Positions 47,572 through 56,426 of a stretch of 64,000 nt of DNA are shown piece by piece. The stretch lies in contig CAMBFG010000006.1 in the NCBI GenBank assembly GCA_945865925.1, positions 64,760-128,759 of the forward strand. Reading direction: 5' to 3'. Position 1 is the stretch's first letter, and the number at the start of each line of letters is the position of its first letter. The DNA is from Dehalococcoides mccartyi (GTDB taxonomy: Bacteria; Chloroflexota; Dehalococcoidia; UBA2979). Under the pieces are notes generated by a model. The model was not told where the DNA came from and did no database searches. It saw only the letters and a program-made list of their open reading frames with translations. Position numbers and translations under genes: made by a program.

Positions 47572-49139
47572 GCGACACCGTCCGATGCGCGAAACACGAG
47601 GTGACGTCGCCACGACTCGCGCGGCTCCGGGAAGTCGGTGCGGTAGTGCGCACCGCGTGACTCCTCGCGGGCGAGGGCGGCCTCGGCGGCCATGCGTCCG
47701 CAGGTGACGATCGAGCGCAGTTCGTAGCCGGCGCGGTCGAGGGGTTCGGGGAGCACGGCGGCCCAGCGCGCGAGTTGTTCCGCGGCGGCGCGCAGTCCCT
47801 CGGCGTCCCGCACGATGCCGACGGAGCGCCACATGAGGTCGCGCACGGCCTGCGCGGTGGGCGGCTCGCCGCCGCCTGGGGCCGGGGCGAGGGCCAGGAC
47901 GTCACGCGTGGCCTCGGGTGCGGCGGCGGGCGTCGACTGGCGGTAGAGCCGCTCGACGGTGCGGTGGGCGAAGACGACGGTTTCGAGGAGGGAGTTGGAG
48001 GCGAGGCGGTTCGCGCCGTGGACACCGGTGCAGGCGGTCTCGCCGACCGCGAAGAGGTTGGGGACGGTGGTCTCGCCCCAGGTGTTCGTGCGCACGCCAC
48101 CCATCGTGTAGTGGGCAGCCGGCGAGACGGGGATGCGGTCGCGCGCCATGTCCAGACCGGCCTCACGGCAGGTGGCGTAGATCTGGGGGAAGCGCGCGGC
48201 CAGCCACGCCTCGTCGCGGTCGGTGATGTCGAGGAGGACGTGGTCGCTGCCGGTGCGTGCCATCTCGGCATGTGCGGCGCGGGCGACGATGTCACGCGGG
48301 GCGAGTTCGGCGCGCTCCGGGTCGTACTCGGGCATGAAGCGCCGGCCGTCCGTGCTGTACAGCAGGGCGCCCTCACCGCGGACGGCCTCGGAGATGAGGA
48401 AGACGGGGCGGCCGGGGAGGACGAGGGCGGTGGGGTGGAACTGGGTGAACTCCATGTCCTGCACCTCGGCGCCACACGCGTAGGCAAGCGCCGCGCCGTC
48501 GCCGGTGGAGACGACGGGGTTGGTGGTGGTGCGGTACATCTGGCCGGCGCCGCCGGTCGCGAGGACGACCCGTCCCGCGCCGAAGCGTCGACGTTCGCCG
48601 GTGGTGGTCGTGAAGGTCTCGATGCCGGCGGCGCGCCCGTCCTCGACGACGATGCGGTTCGCCTGCGTGTGTTCGAGGATCGTCACCTCACGCTGGGCGA
48701 GGCTCGACAGCGACAGTTCGATCTCGAGGCCGGTGCCGTCGCCGCGCGCGTGGAGGATGCGCGAGGCCGAGTGGGCCGCCTCCTTGCCGAGGGCGACCTC
48801 GCCGTTGGTCTGGTCGAAGTGGACGCCGTAGCGCACGAGGTCCTTGATGCGGTCGGCCGCCTCGAAGCAGAGGATGTGTGCCGCCTCTTCGTCGACGAGC
48901 CCCGCACCCGCCTCGATGGTGTCCGCGAGGTGTGCGGCGGGCGAGTCGCCCGGCCCGACGGCAGCGGCGATGCCACCCTGCGCGTGGCGGGTGCTGGCCT
49001 CGTCGATGGCGCCCTTGGTGACCACGAGGACGCTCGCGCCGAACTCGCGCGCCTGAATCGCGGCGTAGAGGCCCGCGATGCCGGACCCGACGACGACGAG
49101 GTCGTACGCGTCGCGGACGTCCGCTGTACGCGAGATCAC
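47568..49139 (-). CDS. nadB: L-aspartate oxidase
   Basis: GSGIAG, AQGGIA, QFHPT, LISEAVRGEG, HYTMGG, HGANRLASNSL, ESRGAH. Confidence 0.96.
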   Translation of the reverse strand: MISRTADVRDAYDLVVVGSGIAGLYAAIQAREFGASVLVVTKGAIDEASTRHAQGGIAAAVGPGDSPAAHLADTIEAGAGLVDEEAAHILCFEAADRIKDLVRYGVHFDQTNGEVALGKEAAHSASRILHARGDGTGLEIELSLSSLAQREVTILEHTQANRIVVEDGRAAGIETFTTTTGERRRFGAGRVVLATGGAGQMYRTTTNPVVSTGDGAALAYACGAEVQDMEFTQFHPTALVLPGRPVFLISEAVRGEGALLYSTDGRRFMPEYDPERAELAPRDIVARAAHAEMARTGSDHVLLDITDRDEAWLAARFPQIYATCREAGLDMARDRIPVSPAAHYTMGGVRTNTWGETTVPNLFAVGETACTGVHGANRLASNSLLETVVFAHRTVERLYRQSTPAAAPEATRDVLALAPAPGGGEPPTAQAVRDLMWRSVGIVRDAEGLRAAAEQLARWAAVLPEPLDRAGYELRSIVTCGRMAAEAALAREESRGAHYRTDFPEPRESWRRHLVFRASDGVA

Positions 49140-49585
49140 GACGGCGCGCCGACTTCGACGGGCGAGGGCTCGTACTGCGTCACGGCGCTGACGATGGCGG
49201 CCCAGTCGTGCGGGACGACGGGGCGTCCGCTCTGCGCGTCCACGTAGACGTATCGATGGTTGATGCGCGCAACGACCGTGCCGTCGCTCGCCGCGGCGAG
49301 TTCGCACTCGAAGCGCAGGCGACCCTCGACGGCCTCGACGCAGCGAAGGCGGACGATCGCGGCGTCATCCCAGCGCAGCGGCGCGCGGTAGCGGACTTCG
49401 GTGTGCGACTGGAAGCGCAGCACCTCGCGGTGGCTGGGAAGGCCAGCCTCGCGGTCGTACGCGTCGAGGGCGATCTCGGTGAGCGCGAGCATCACGCCGC
49501 CGTGGACGAAGGGTGTGCCGCCGAAGGCGTCGGTGTGACGGAGGGGCATGCGCTGCTCGAACCGGAACGCGGGGGTGTCGGGCAT
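49136..49585 (-). CDS. Hot-dog fold acyl-CoA thioesterase (4HBT/YbgC-like)
   Basis: RHTDAFG...H, E..Y.APL..DD, YVYVD..SGRP..VP; GTGA overlap with nadB. Confidence 0.8.
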   Translation of the reverse strand: MPDTPAFRFEQRMPLRHTDAFGGTPFVHGGVMLALTEIALDAYDREAGLPSHREVLRFQSHTEVRYRAPLRWDDAAIVRLRCVEAVEGRLRFECELAAASDGTVVARINHRYVYVDAQSGRPVVPHDWAAIVSAVTQYEPSPVEVGAPS

Positions 49586-49610
49586 CCTCGGAACTCCGTC
49601 TAGCCCTCGA

Positions 49611-50828
49611 CTACTTGAGGGCGAGCATGCGCTCGAGGGCGACCTTGGCGTCGCGCTTATGCGCCTCGGGCACCTGAATGCGGTTCACCACGCGGCCCTC
49701 GACGAGTTCTTCCATCACCCACGCGAGGTAGGCGGGATGCACTCGATACATCGTGCTGCAGGGGCAGACGACGGGGTCGAGGCAGAAGATCGTCTTGTCC
49801 GGGTGCTCCTTCGCGAGACGCGAGACCAGGTTGATCTCGGTGCCCACGCCAATCACCGCGCCGGCCGGGGCCTGCTCGATGTACTTCACGATGTAAGCGG
49901 TGGAACCGTTGGCGTCCGCGGCCTGCACGACATCGGCGCGACACTCGGGGTGTACGACGATCTTCGCTTCGGGGTAGCGGGCGCGTGCCTGCTCGATCTG
50001 CGACACCGTGAAGCGCTGATGCACGGAGCAGTGCCCCTGCCACAGAATGATCCGCGACCGCTCGAGTTCTTCGACGCTGGCGCCGCCTCGGCTGCCGGCC
50101 GGACGCCGCCAGTTCCACAGGGTCATCTGCTCGAGGGGGATGCCCATCGCGTGGCCGGTGTTGCGTCCGAGGTGCTGGTCCGGGAAGAAGAAGACGCGCT
50201 TGCCTCGCTGGAACGCCCACTCGAGGACTTTGCCGGCGTTCGAGGAGGTGCAGACGACGCCGTTGTTGGCGCCGCAGAACGCCTTCAGGCTCGCGGCGGA
50301 ATTCATGTAGGTGACGGGGATGATGTCATCCGTGCTGCCGAAGATCTCGCGCAGTTCCGCCCAGGCGGCGAGGACATCGGGCTCGGCGGCCATGTCCGCC
50401 ATCGAGCAGCCGGCCTCGATGTTCGGGAGGATCGTCTGCTGGTGGGGCGCGGCGAGGATGTCGGCGGCCTCCGCCATGAAGTGCACGCCACAGAAGACGA
50501 TGTAGTCCGCCTCCGGCCGCTCCGCCGCGTACTGGGCGAGGGCGAACGAGTCACCTCGTTCGTCGGCGAACTGGATGATGTCCTCGCGCTGGTAGTGGTG
50601 CCCGAGGATCACGACGCGCGTCCCGAGGGTCGCTCGCGCCGTGCGGATGCGCTCGGCAAGTTCGGGGGCTTCCATCGTCCAGTAGCGCTCCGGTATAGAG
50701 GGCTGCCACGAGGAGAAGGCGACTTCCTGCGCGAGCGGGACGGTGTCGATGCCCGTGTTGGTCTCGCACTGGAGTTGGGCGATCGGGAACGACTTGTAGT
50801 CGATGGTGGGTGTCTTGATGGGAGTCAT
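49611..50828 (-). CDS. nadA: Quinolinate synthase
   Basis: LGHHYQ, FCGVHFMAE, GCSMA, YMNS, CTSSNA, HPEC, GTE, C..M. Confidence 0.96.
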   Translation of the reverse strand: MTPIKTPTIDYKSFPIAQLQCETNTGIDTVPLAQEVAFSSWQPSIPERYWTMEAPELAERIRTARATLGTRVVILGHHYQREDIIQFADERGDSFALAQYAAERPEADYIVFCGVHFMAEAADILAAPHQQTILPNIEAGCSMADMAAEPDVLAAWAELREIFGSTDDIIPVTYMNSAASLKAFCGANNGVVCTSSNAGKVLEWAFQRGKRVFFFPDQHLGRNTGHAMGIPLEQMTLWNWRRPAGSRGGASVEELERSRIILWQGHCSVHQRFTVSQIEQARARYPEAKIVVHPECRADVVQAADANGSTAYIVKYIEQAPAGAVIGVGTEINLVSRLAKEHPDKTIFCLDPVVCPCSTMYRVHPAYLAWVMEELVEGRVVNRIQVPEAHKRDAKVALERMLALK

Positions 50829-50844
50829 GGCGGGCCTCACGTCC

Positions 50845-50865
50845 TTTGCGTATCTAGTACGCAAA
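50845..50865. promoter_or_regulatory. NrtR operator upstream of nadA
   Basis: 21-bp palindrome TTTGCGTA-TCTAG-TACGCAAA with GT-N7-AC core; promoter-like TTGACC-N18-TACCCT at 50908-50879. Confidence 0.8.
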
Positions 50866-50929
50866 GTGGTTCGTGTGAAGGGTACGCTTTCTCCCTCGGG
50901 CGGGTCAATACGCGGGTGATAGAGGGTAG

Positions 50930-53212
50930 TCAGGGGCGGTTTGACGCCGCTGCCATCCCGAGTGCCTCGGCCCGCCCTGCGCAGTCGTACAGAGACGTCC
51001 GATAGCGCTGAGGCAGGCTGGGATCGCGCACGGGCGTGCAGGCAGCGCGGACGGCGTTCATGATCGCGGTCGGGCCGTCCTGGAGCGCCCCAGCATTGGG
51101 CGGAGGCACCCGCTGCGGCAGCGCTCCTGGCTGCGCTCCTGATGGCTGCGGCCGTGGTCCCCGCGGTGCTCCACCCGGGCGCGCACCCGCTGGAGCGCCG
51201 TCGGGAGCCAGCGCGCCGTTCGGCCCAATGCGAGGCGGCGTGAAGCCGGGTGTGCCCGGAACGGGCTGAGGCGGTCCCTGCGCTGGCTGGGCGTTCGGCG
51301 GTGGCCCCGGGACGCCGGCGGTGTCAGTGCTGACGTAGCGCACATCGCCGCGGGCCACGATCGCCGCGAACTCCTCCACGCTGATCGTCCGGTCGCGCCC
51401 GGAGAAACCGCCGAGTGCCATCACCGAGAGCGAGTGCCTCGCGATCAGCGTCGAGCCAGTCTGGGCGCTCGCGACGGCGAGGTCCCAGCGGGGGGACTCA
51501 TCGTTGTGCGCCTGCAGCCACTCCGCGATCTGGCCCGTGCCGTCATCAAAGGCCTGGGAGCCGAAGGTGCGTCCGGCAGCGCCTTGCCGAGGCCCGGCCT
51601 GAGGGAGACTCGCGTTGAGCGACGCCTGGTTCGTTTCGGCGAGCGACCATGCGCCGGGCAGCAGCAGTAACGCCCCAAGCGCGAGCCCCATCCCGGCCTG
51701 GTGCGGAACGCGCTTCCAAAACGTCGCGACGGCGAGGGCCCCTCCGCCGGTAATGGCCCCCGCGACCACATATGGACGCAGCCAGCCGAAGAAGTTCGGC
51801 TCCCGCCCTGCCACATCGATCTGCACGAGCACGGTCGCAGTGAGTGCGAGCACGACCATTACGAGCCAGGCGCGATGCCGGCGCACGACCTCGACCGCGG
51901 TGACGGAGTTGATCCCGACGAGCGCGGCAATGCCCGGCGCGAGGGCGGCGGTGTAATAGGAGTGGTAAATCCCCTCGGCATAGGAAAAGACTGCCGCGTG
52001 GAGCAGCACCCAACCGACGAAAAGCGCCAGTGTGGCGCGTCGCGCGGCATGGTCGCGCCACAGGTACGCCGACCACCCAGCACCGATGAGCGCGAACGGA
52101 AGCAGCCACGCGATCTGGCCACCGTTGGCAGCGTCGAACATGCGCCACGTGCCCGGAGAGCCTGCGATGATCCCGCCGGGGCCGCGGGCGCCGCCTGGGG
52201 CAGGCGGAGGTCCGACGGGCCCTGGCCCAACCCCGGGGGGCTGACCACCGTTGCCGTCCGGAGCGGGTGGACTCGCGGGTGGTTGTGCACCTCGGTTGCG
52301 GCTGAAACCCTGGCCGTCGCCGTCCACGCGACTGACGCCGTTGTAGCCGAGCACAAGGTCCTGCACGGTGTTGTTCGTGCTGCCGCCGATGTATGGGCGC
52401 GAGTCCTCCGGCAGGCGGTCGACGACGAGCATCCAGGATGCGGAAGCCGCGAGTGTGACCGCCCCCAGCACGACAAGTCGTCCGAGTGTCGGACGCAGCG
52501 CAGCGCGCCACGGCCCGGACCATCCGACGAGGATCGCGACCACAAGGGCCGGCCCCGGGATCCAACCGGCGAGCATCTTCGAGTTGAAGGCGATGCCGAC
52601 GAGCAGTCCCGCGAGCGCTGCCCACACCCACCATCGACGGGCCTCGAGCGATCGCAGGACCGCGCCTGCCGCTCCGATCAGGGCAAGGAGGTAGAACGGC
52701 TCAGGAAGGTTGAGGCGGTTCACTGCAACGGAAATTGGGGTGAGTGCGAGTGCCAGCGCAGCGATCGTCGCTGCGGCCGTGCCGAAGTACCGGCGCACGA
52801 TGAGCCACAGGACTCCGACAGTTACTGCACCGGCGAACGCACTTGGGAGCAGGATCGCCCACGTGGAGTAGCCGAAGAGTCGGGCCGAGAGCGCACCCAT
52901 CCAGAGGAAGAACGGTGGCTTGTCGACGGTGATGAAGCCGCCTGGGTCAAAGGCCCCGAAGAAGAAGTTGCTCCATGAGAGCGTCATCGAACGGACGGCG
53001 GCGGCGTAGTAAGTGTTCCCCCATCCGGCCTGTCCCAGCCGCCACGCGTTCATCCCGAACGACAGTGAGATCACTCCGGCCAGTGGCAACCACCGGAGGT
53101 ATCGCTTGGGTACGCGCGCGAGCACGCGTTGCACCATCGGCGGCAGACCTGGCCGCTCGAGGGTGTCCGCGCCTTCAGTCTGGATCACGTCGGCTGTCGC
53201 GTCGGTCGCCAC
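50930..53212 (-). CDS. GT-C (ArnT/PMT, GT39-like) membrane glycosyltransferase
   Basis: GN.YYAAAV.SM..SW..FFF..FDP...ITVDKPP, IGGS..N, H.YY, GGFSG.D; AGGAGG SD. Confidence 0.88.
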   Translation of the reverse strand: MATDATADVIQTEGADTLERPGLPPMVQRVLARVPKRYLRWLPLAGVISLSFGMNAWRLGQAGWGNTYYAAAVRSMTLSWSNFFFGAFDPGGFITVDKPPFFLWMGALSARLFGYSTWAILLPSAFAGAVTVGVLWLIVRRYFGTAAATIAALALALTPISVAVNRLNLPEPFYLLALIGAAGAVLRSLEARRWWVWAALAGLLVGIAFNSKMLAGWIPGPALVVAILVGWSGPWRAALRPTLGRLVVLGAVTLAASASWMLVVDRLPEDSRPYIGGSTNNTVQDLVLGYNGVSRVDGDGQGFSRNRGAQPPASPPAPDGNGGQPPGVGPGPVGPPPAPGGARGPGGIIAGSPGTWRMFDAANGGQIAWLLPFALIGAGWSAYLWRDHAARRATLALFVGWVLLHAAVFSYAEGIYHSYYTAALAPGIAALVGINSVTAVEVVRRHRAWLVMVVLALTATVLVQIDVAGREPNFFGWLRPYVVAGAITGGGALAVATFWKRVPHQAGMGLALGALLLLPGAWSLAETNQASLNASLPQAGPRQGAAGRTFGSQAFDDGTGQIAEWLQAHNDESPRWDLAVASAQTGSTLIARHSLSVMALGGFSGRDRTISVEEFAAIVARGDVRYVSTDTAGVPGPPPNAQPAQGPPQPVPGTPGFTPPRIGPNGALAPDGAPAGARPGGAPRGPRPQPSGAQPGALPQRVPPPNAGALQDGPTAIMNAVRAACTPVRDPSLPQRYRTSLYDCAGRAEALGMAAASNRP

Positions 53213-53308
53213 GATCCTCCTGCGCCCCGCATCCTGCGGGATGACGGCCAGATGCTAGCGAGCCGGGGTTCAGGTCTTCTTTGTGGAGTGAGGCAGTGAG
53301 TGCACGGA

Positions 53309-53337
53309 GTCGCCGTCCGCGAGGACGAGGTTGAAGT
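53309..53337. repeat. Direct repeat of 54904-54932 (duplicate of the LLM gene 3' region)
   Basis: 27/29 identity including an exact 19-mer GCGAGGACGAGGTTGAAGT. Confidence 0.85.
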
Positions 53338-53357
53338 ACCGGGCGAGGAGACGTGAC

Positions 53358-54806
53358 TCAGGCGTCGCTCGCCGCCGCCGCCCGAGTCGCTCGTTCCGCT
53401 CGATCTGCGATCGCTCTCGGCATTCCGCTGAAGATGCGGTCGTGAATCGGCAAGAGGAGGTACCAGTACAGGAGTCCAGGGAGGCCGGCTGGATGGAAGC
53501 GGGCCGCGGTGATCAGCGTGCATGTCGTCGGCGTGTCGGCGATGACCTCGAACTCGAGCGCCGCTGCGCCGGGCACCTTCATCTCTGCGACGAGCGTTAG
53601 GCGCTTCCCCGGTTCGACCTCGACGACGCGCCAGAAGTCGAGTGCATCCCCGGATCGAATGTCACGCGGATGCCGCCGCCCCCGCCTCATCCCCACCCCG
53701 CCGACGCAGCGGTCGAGGAGCCCGCGCAGGCGCCAGAGGACGTCCGCGTAGTAATAACCCCGCTGCCCACCGATTGAGGCCACCAGTTCCCAGACGCCTT
53801 CGGATGGGGCGTTGACCGTCGTTCTCACCTGCGCACCTTTGGAGTAGAACGAGACATCTGGGTTGTAGCCGCGAAAGGCCAACGCCCCCTCAGTCCAGCG
53901 GATCGGCATGCGGGCGGCGCGCTCTTCTAGCAGGGCTGCGGTCACGGCTTCTCGGTAGGTGTGCAGCCGGATCGGGACCAGCCGCCGGATCGCGGCGTCG
54001 TCCGCGGGGAGGTCGTGGCGCAACCCATCGATGAGCGGGCGTACGACCGACGCCGGGACACTCGTGACGAGGTCGAGCCAGTAGGACGAGAGACGCGGCG
54101 TCAGCACCGGGAGCGAGATCACGTAGCTTCGCTTGCCGGTGACCTCTGCGAACTGCCGCAGCAGTTCCGCGTAGCTCAGCAATTCCGGTCCGCCGACATC
54201 GAATGTCTGTCCGGCCGTCTCGCTCACTTCAGCAACCGCGCAGAGGTACTCGATCAGGTCGCCGAGGGCGATCGGTTGCGACCGCGATCTGACCCATCGA
54301 GGTGTGGTCATCACCGGCAGGTGGTTGACCAGATCCCGGATCACCTCGAAGGCTGCCGAACCGGGTCCGACGACGATTCCCGCGCGGAGTTCGGTGACCG
54401 GGAGGCCGGTCGCTCGCAGCACCTCGCCAGTCTCGCGACGCGACTCGAGGTGCGCGGAGGGATCGCCAGGCGGCTGAATCCCACCGAGATAAACGATGCG
54501 CCCGACCCCTGCTTTTCGTGCAGCCTCGGCGAAGTTGTGGGCGCCGATCCGATCGCGTTCCTGAAAGTCCTTGCCCGAGCCCATCGAGTGGACCAGGTAG
54601 TACGCGACGCCGATGCCGGCGAGTGCGCTCCCAAGGGTGTCGGGCTTGAGCACGTCCGCCTCGCAGCACTCAACGCCCACCCAGTCGCGAGCAGCCAGCG
54701 TCGCAGCTGACCGCGCCGCGGCCCGTACCCGGTGACCGCGATGCATGAGCGCAGGCACCAAGTGGCTGCCGACGTACCCACTGGCGCCGATTACGAGGAT
54801 GTTCAT
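53358..54806 (-). CDS. Atypical SDR oxidoreductase with DUF2867 domain (YbjT-like)
   Basis: GASGYVG, YYLVHSM, S.HL.SR, GSAAFE, GDALDFWRV, AEMKVPG. Confidence 0.88.
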   Translation of the reverse strand: MNILVIGASGYVGSHLVPALMHRGHRVRAAARSAATLAARDWVGVECCEADVLKPDTLGSALAGIGVAYYLVHSMGSGKDFQERDRIGAHNFAEAARKAGVGRIVYLGGIQPPGDPSAHLESRRETGEVLRATGLPVTELRAGIVVGPGSAAFEVIRDLVNHLPVMTTPRWVRSRSQPIALGDLIEYLCAVAEVSETAGQTFDVGGPELLSYAELLRQFAEVTGKRSYVISLPVLTPRLSSYWLDLVTSVPASVVRPLIDGLRHDLPADDAAIRRLVPIRLHTYREAVTAALLEERAARMPIRWTEGALAFRGYNPDVSFYSKGAQVRTTVNAPSEGVWELVASIGGQRGYYYADVLWRLRGLLDRCVGGVGMRRGRRHPRDIRSGDALDFWRVVEVEPGKRLTLVAEMKVPGAAALEFEVIADTPTTCTLITAARFHPAGLPGLLYWYLLLPIHDRIFSGMPRAIADRAERATRAAAASDA

Positions 54807-54834
54807 CCCAACATCATACGGCGCGCGGGAACTG

Positions 54835-55755
54835 CTACCCCTCGAACTCCGCCTGTAGGCGTGGCATGACCTCGAGGGCGATGCGGGCGAGTTGGGCCGT
54901 CCGGTCGCCGCCGGCGAGGACGAGGTTGAAGTGGCGGACGCCGGCGTCCACGTACTCGCGGAGGCGGGCGACCCACATCTCCGTGTCGCCGTAGACGGTG
55001 TAACGCTCGAAGCGTTCGAAGGGGACGCGGTAGGTGGACTCGATGCGCTCGGCGATGGTGGGGAGGGCGACGGCGAGGTCGTCGTCGAACATGCCCCAGA
55101 GTTGCAGGGCGGGGCGGATCGCGGTGGGGTCACGGCCGAGTGCCTCTGCCTCGGCGTGGACGTTCGCGAGGCCCTGTGCGAAGTGCTCGGGCGTGGTGAC
55201 GAAGGGCATCCAGGCGTCGCCGAAGCGGGCGGCACGGCGCTGTGCGGGCCTCGCCCGGCCGCCTACCCAGAGGGGGATCGGAGGCGAGGGGACGAGGTCG
55301 AGGGTGGCGTCGTCGACATCGATGGCGGTGTTGTGCAGGGTGACGGGGTCGCCGGTCCACAGCGCACGCACCGCCTCGAGGGTGTCGTCCAGGCGGCGGC
55401 CGCGGTCGGCGAGGGGGACGCCGGAGGCCTCGAACTCCTTGGGGTATTCGCCGCCGGTGCCGACGCCGAGGCGGAAGCGGCCGTTGGAGATCCACTGGAG
55501 CGTCGCGGTCTGCTTCGCGAGGGGGGCCGCGCCTCGGAGTGCGGCGAGCATCACCCCGGTGCCGAGGCCGATGCGCGAGGTGACGGCGGCGGCAGCAGAG
55601 AGCAGCACGACGGGCTCCGGCCAGAAGACGGGCCACAGCACGTGGTCACCCACCCACACGGAGTCGTAGCCCAACTCCTCGGCGACCTGGACGGAGGCGA
55701 GGAACTCCTCGGGCGTGGCGCCGCCGGGGAGGACGCCGAAGGTGAGGTCGCTCAC
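54835..55755 (-). CDS. LLM-class flavin-dependent oxidoreductase
   Basis: AEELGYDSVWVGDH, T.RI.LGTGV, SNGRF.LGVG.G, WVGG. Confidence 0.9.
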   Translation of the reverse strand: MSDLTFGVLPGGATPEEFLASVQVAEELGYDSVWVGDHVLWPVFWPEPVVLLSAAAAVTSRIGLGTGVMLAALRGAAPLAKQTATLQWISNGRFRLGVGTGGEYPKEFEASGVPLADRGRRLDDTLEAVRALWTGDPVTLHNTAIDVDDATLDLVPSPPIPLWVGGRARPAQRRAARFGDAWMPFVTTPEHFAQGLANVHAEAEALGRDPTAIRPALQLWGMFDDDLAVALPTIAERIESTYRVPFERFERYTVYGDTEMWVARLREYVDAGVRHFNLVLAGGDRTAQLARIALEVMPRLQAEFEG

Positions 55756-56408
55756 AGGATCACGGGTTCGCGTGAGACGAAGCGGAACAGCTGCGCGGGG
55801 CGGTGCGCCCCTGCTCGGCGGTGTTCCAAGGTGGCCTCGATGATGCCGGCGGAGAGCATGCGCTTGCGGAAGTTCCGGCGGTCGAGCGGGCGGCGCAGGA
55901 TCGCCTCGTAGACGGCCTGGAGTTCGCGCAGCGTGAACTGCTCGGGCAGCAGACCGTAGGCGATGTTGGTGTAGTCCAACTTCGCGCCGACACGCGCGGC
56001 GGCCTGCTCGATCACGGTGTTGTTGTCGAAGGCGAGGGGCGGCAGCGCGTCCACCGGCAGCCATCCGGGATGCCACGCCTCTTCCTCGCGCAGGCGCACC
56101 TTCGAGGCCTCGACGAGCGCGAAGTAGGCGACGGCGACCGAGGGACGCGCGGGGTCGAGGCCGGAGATCGTGAACAACTGCTCGAGGTAGAGGTCGGTGA
56201 TGCCGGTCTCCTCGACGAGTTTGCGTGTCGCGGCGGCGTCGAGGCTTTCCGAGCCGTCCCAGCGGCCACCGGGTAGTGCCCATTTGCCTTGCTCGGGCTC
56301 ATCGGTGCGGTGGACGAGCAGCACCTGCAGGTGTCCGTCCGTGACCGCGAGGATCACGACGATCGAGGCGACAGACGGGATCGGTTCGGGTGTTGCTGGT
56401 GGTGGCAT
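55752..56408 (-). CDS. nrtR: NrtR Nudix-related transcriptional regulator
   Basis: Nudix WALPGG..E.L..AA.R.L.EETG, LEQL.T, LAFD, wHTH FTL.EL..VYE...LD.RNFRK. Confidence 0.9.
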   Translation of the reverse strand: MPPPATPEPIPSVASIVVILAVTDGHLQVLLVHRTDEPEQGKWALPGGRWDGSESLDAAATRKLVEETGITDLYLEQLFTISGLDPARPSVAVAYFALVEASKVRLREEEAWHPGWLPVDALPPLAFDNNTVIEQAAARVGAKLDYTNIAYGLLPEQFTLRELQAVYEAILRRPLDRRNFRKRMLSAGIIEATLEHRRAGAHRPAQLFRFVSREPVIL

Positions 56409-56426
56409 CGATAGATCGTGCGAGGC

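Noticed and set aside
51060..52310. Gly/Pro-rich repetitive stretches
   Set aside because: Low-complexity linkers inside the GT-C protein, not a DNA repeat array
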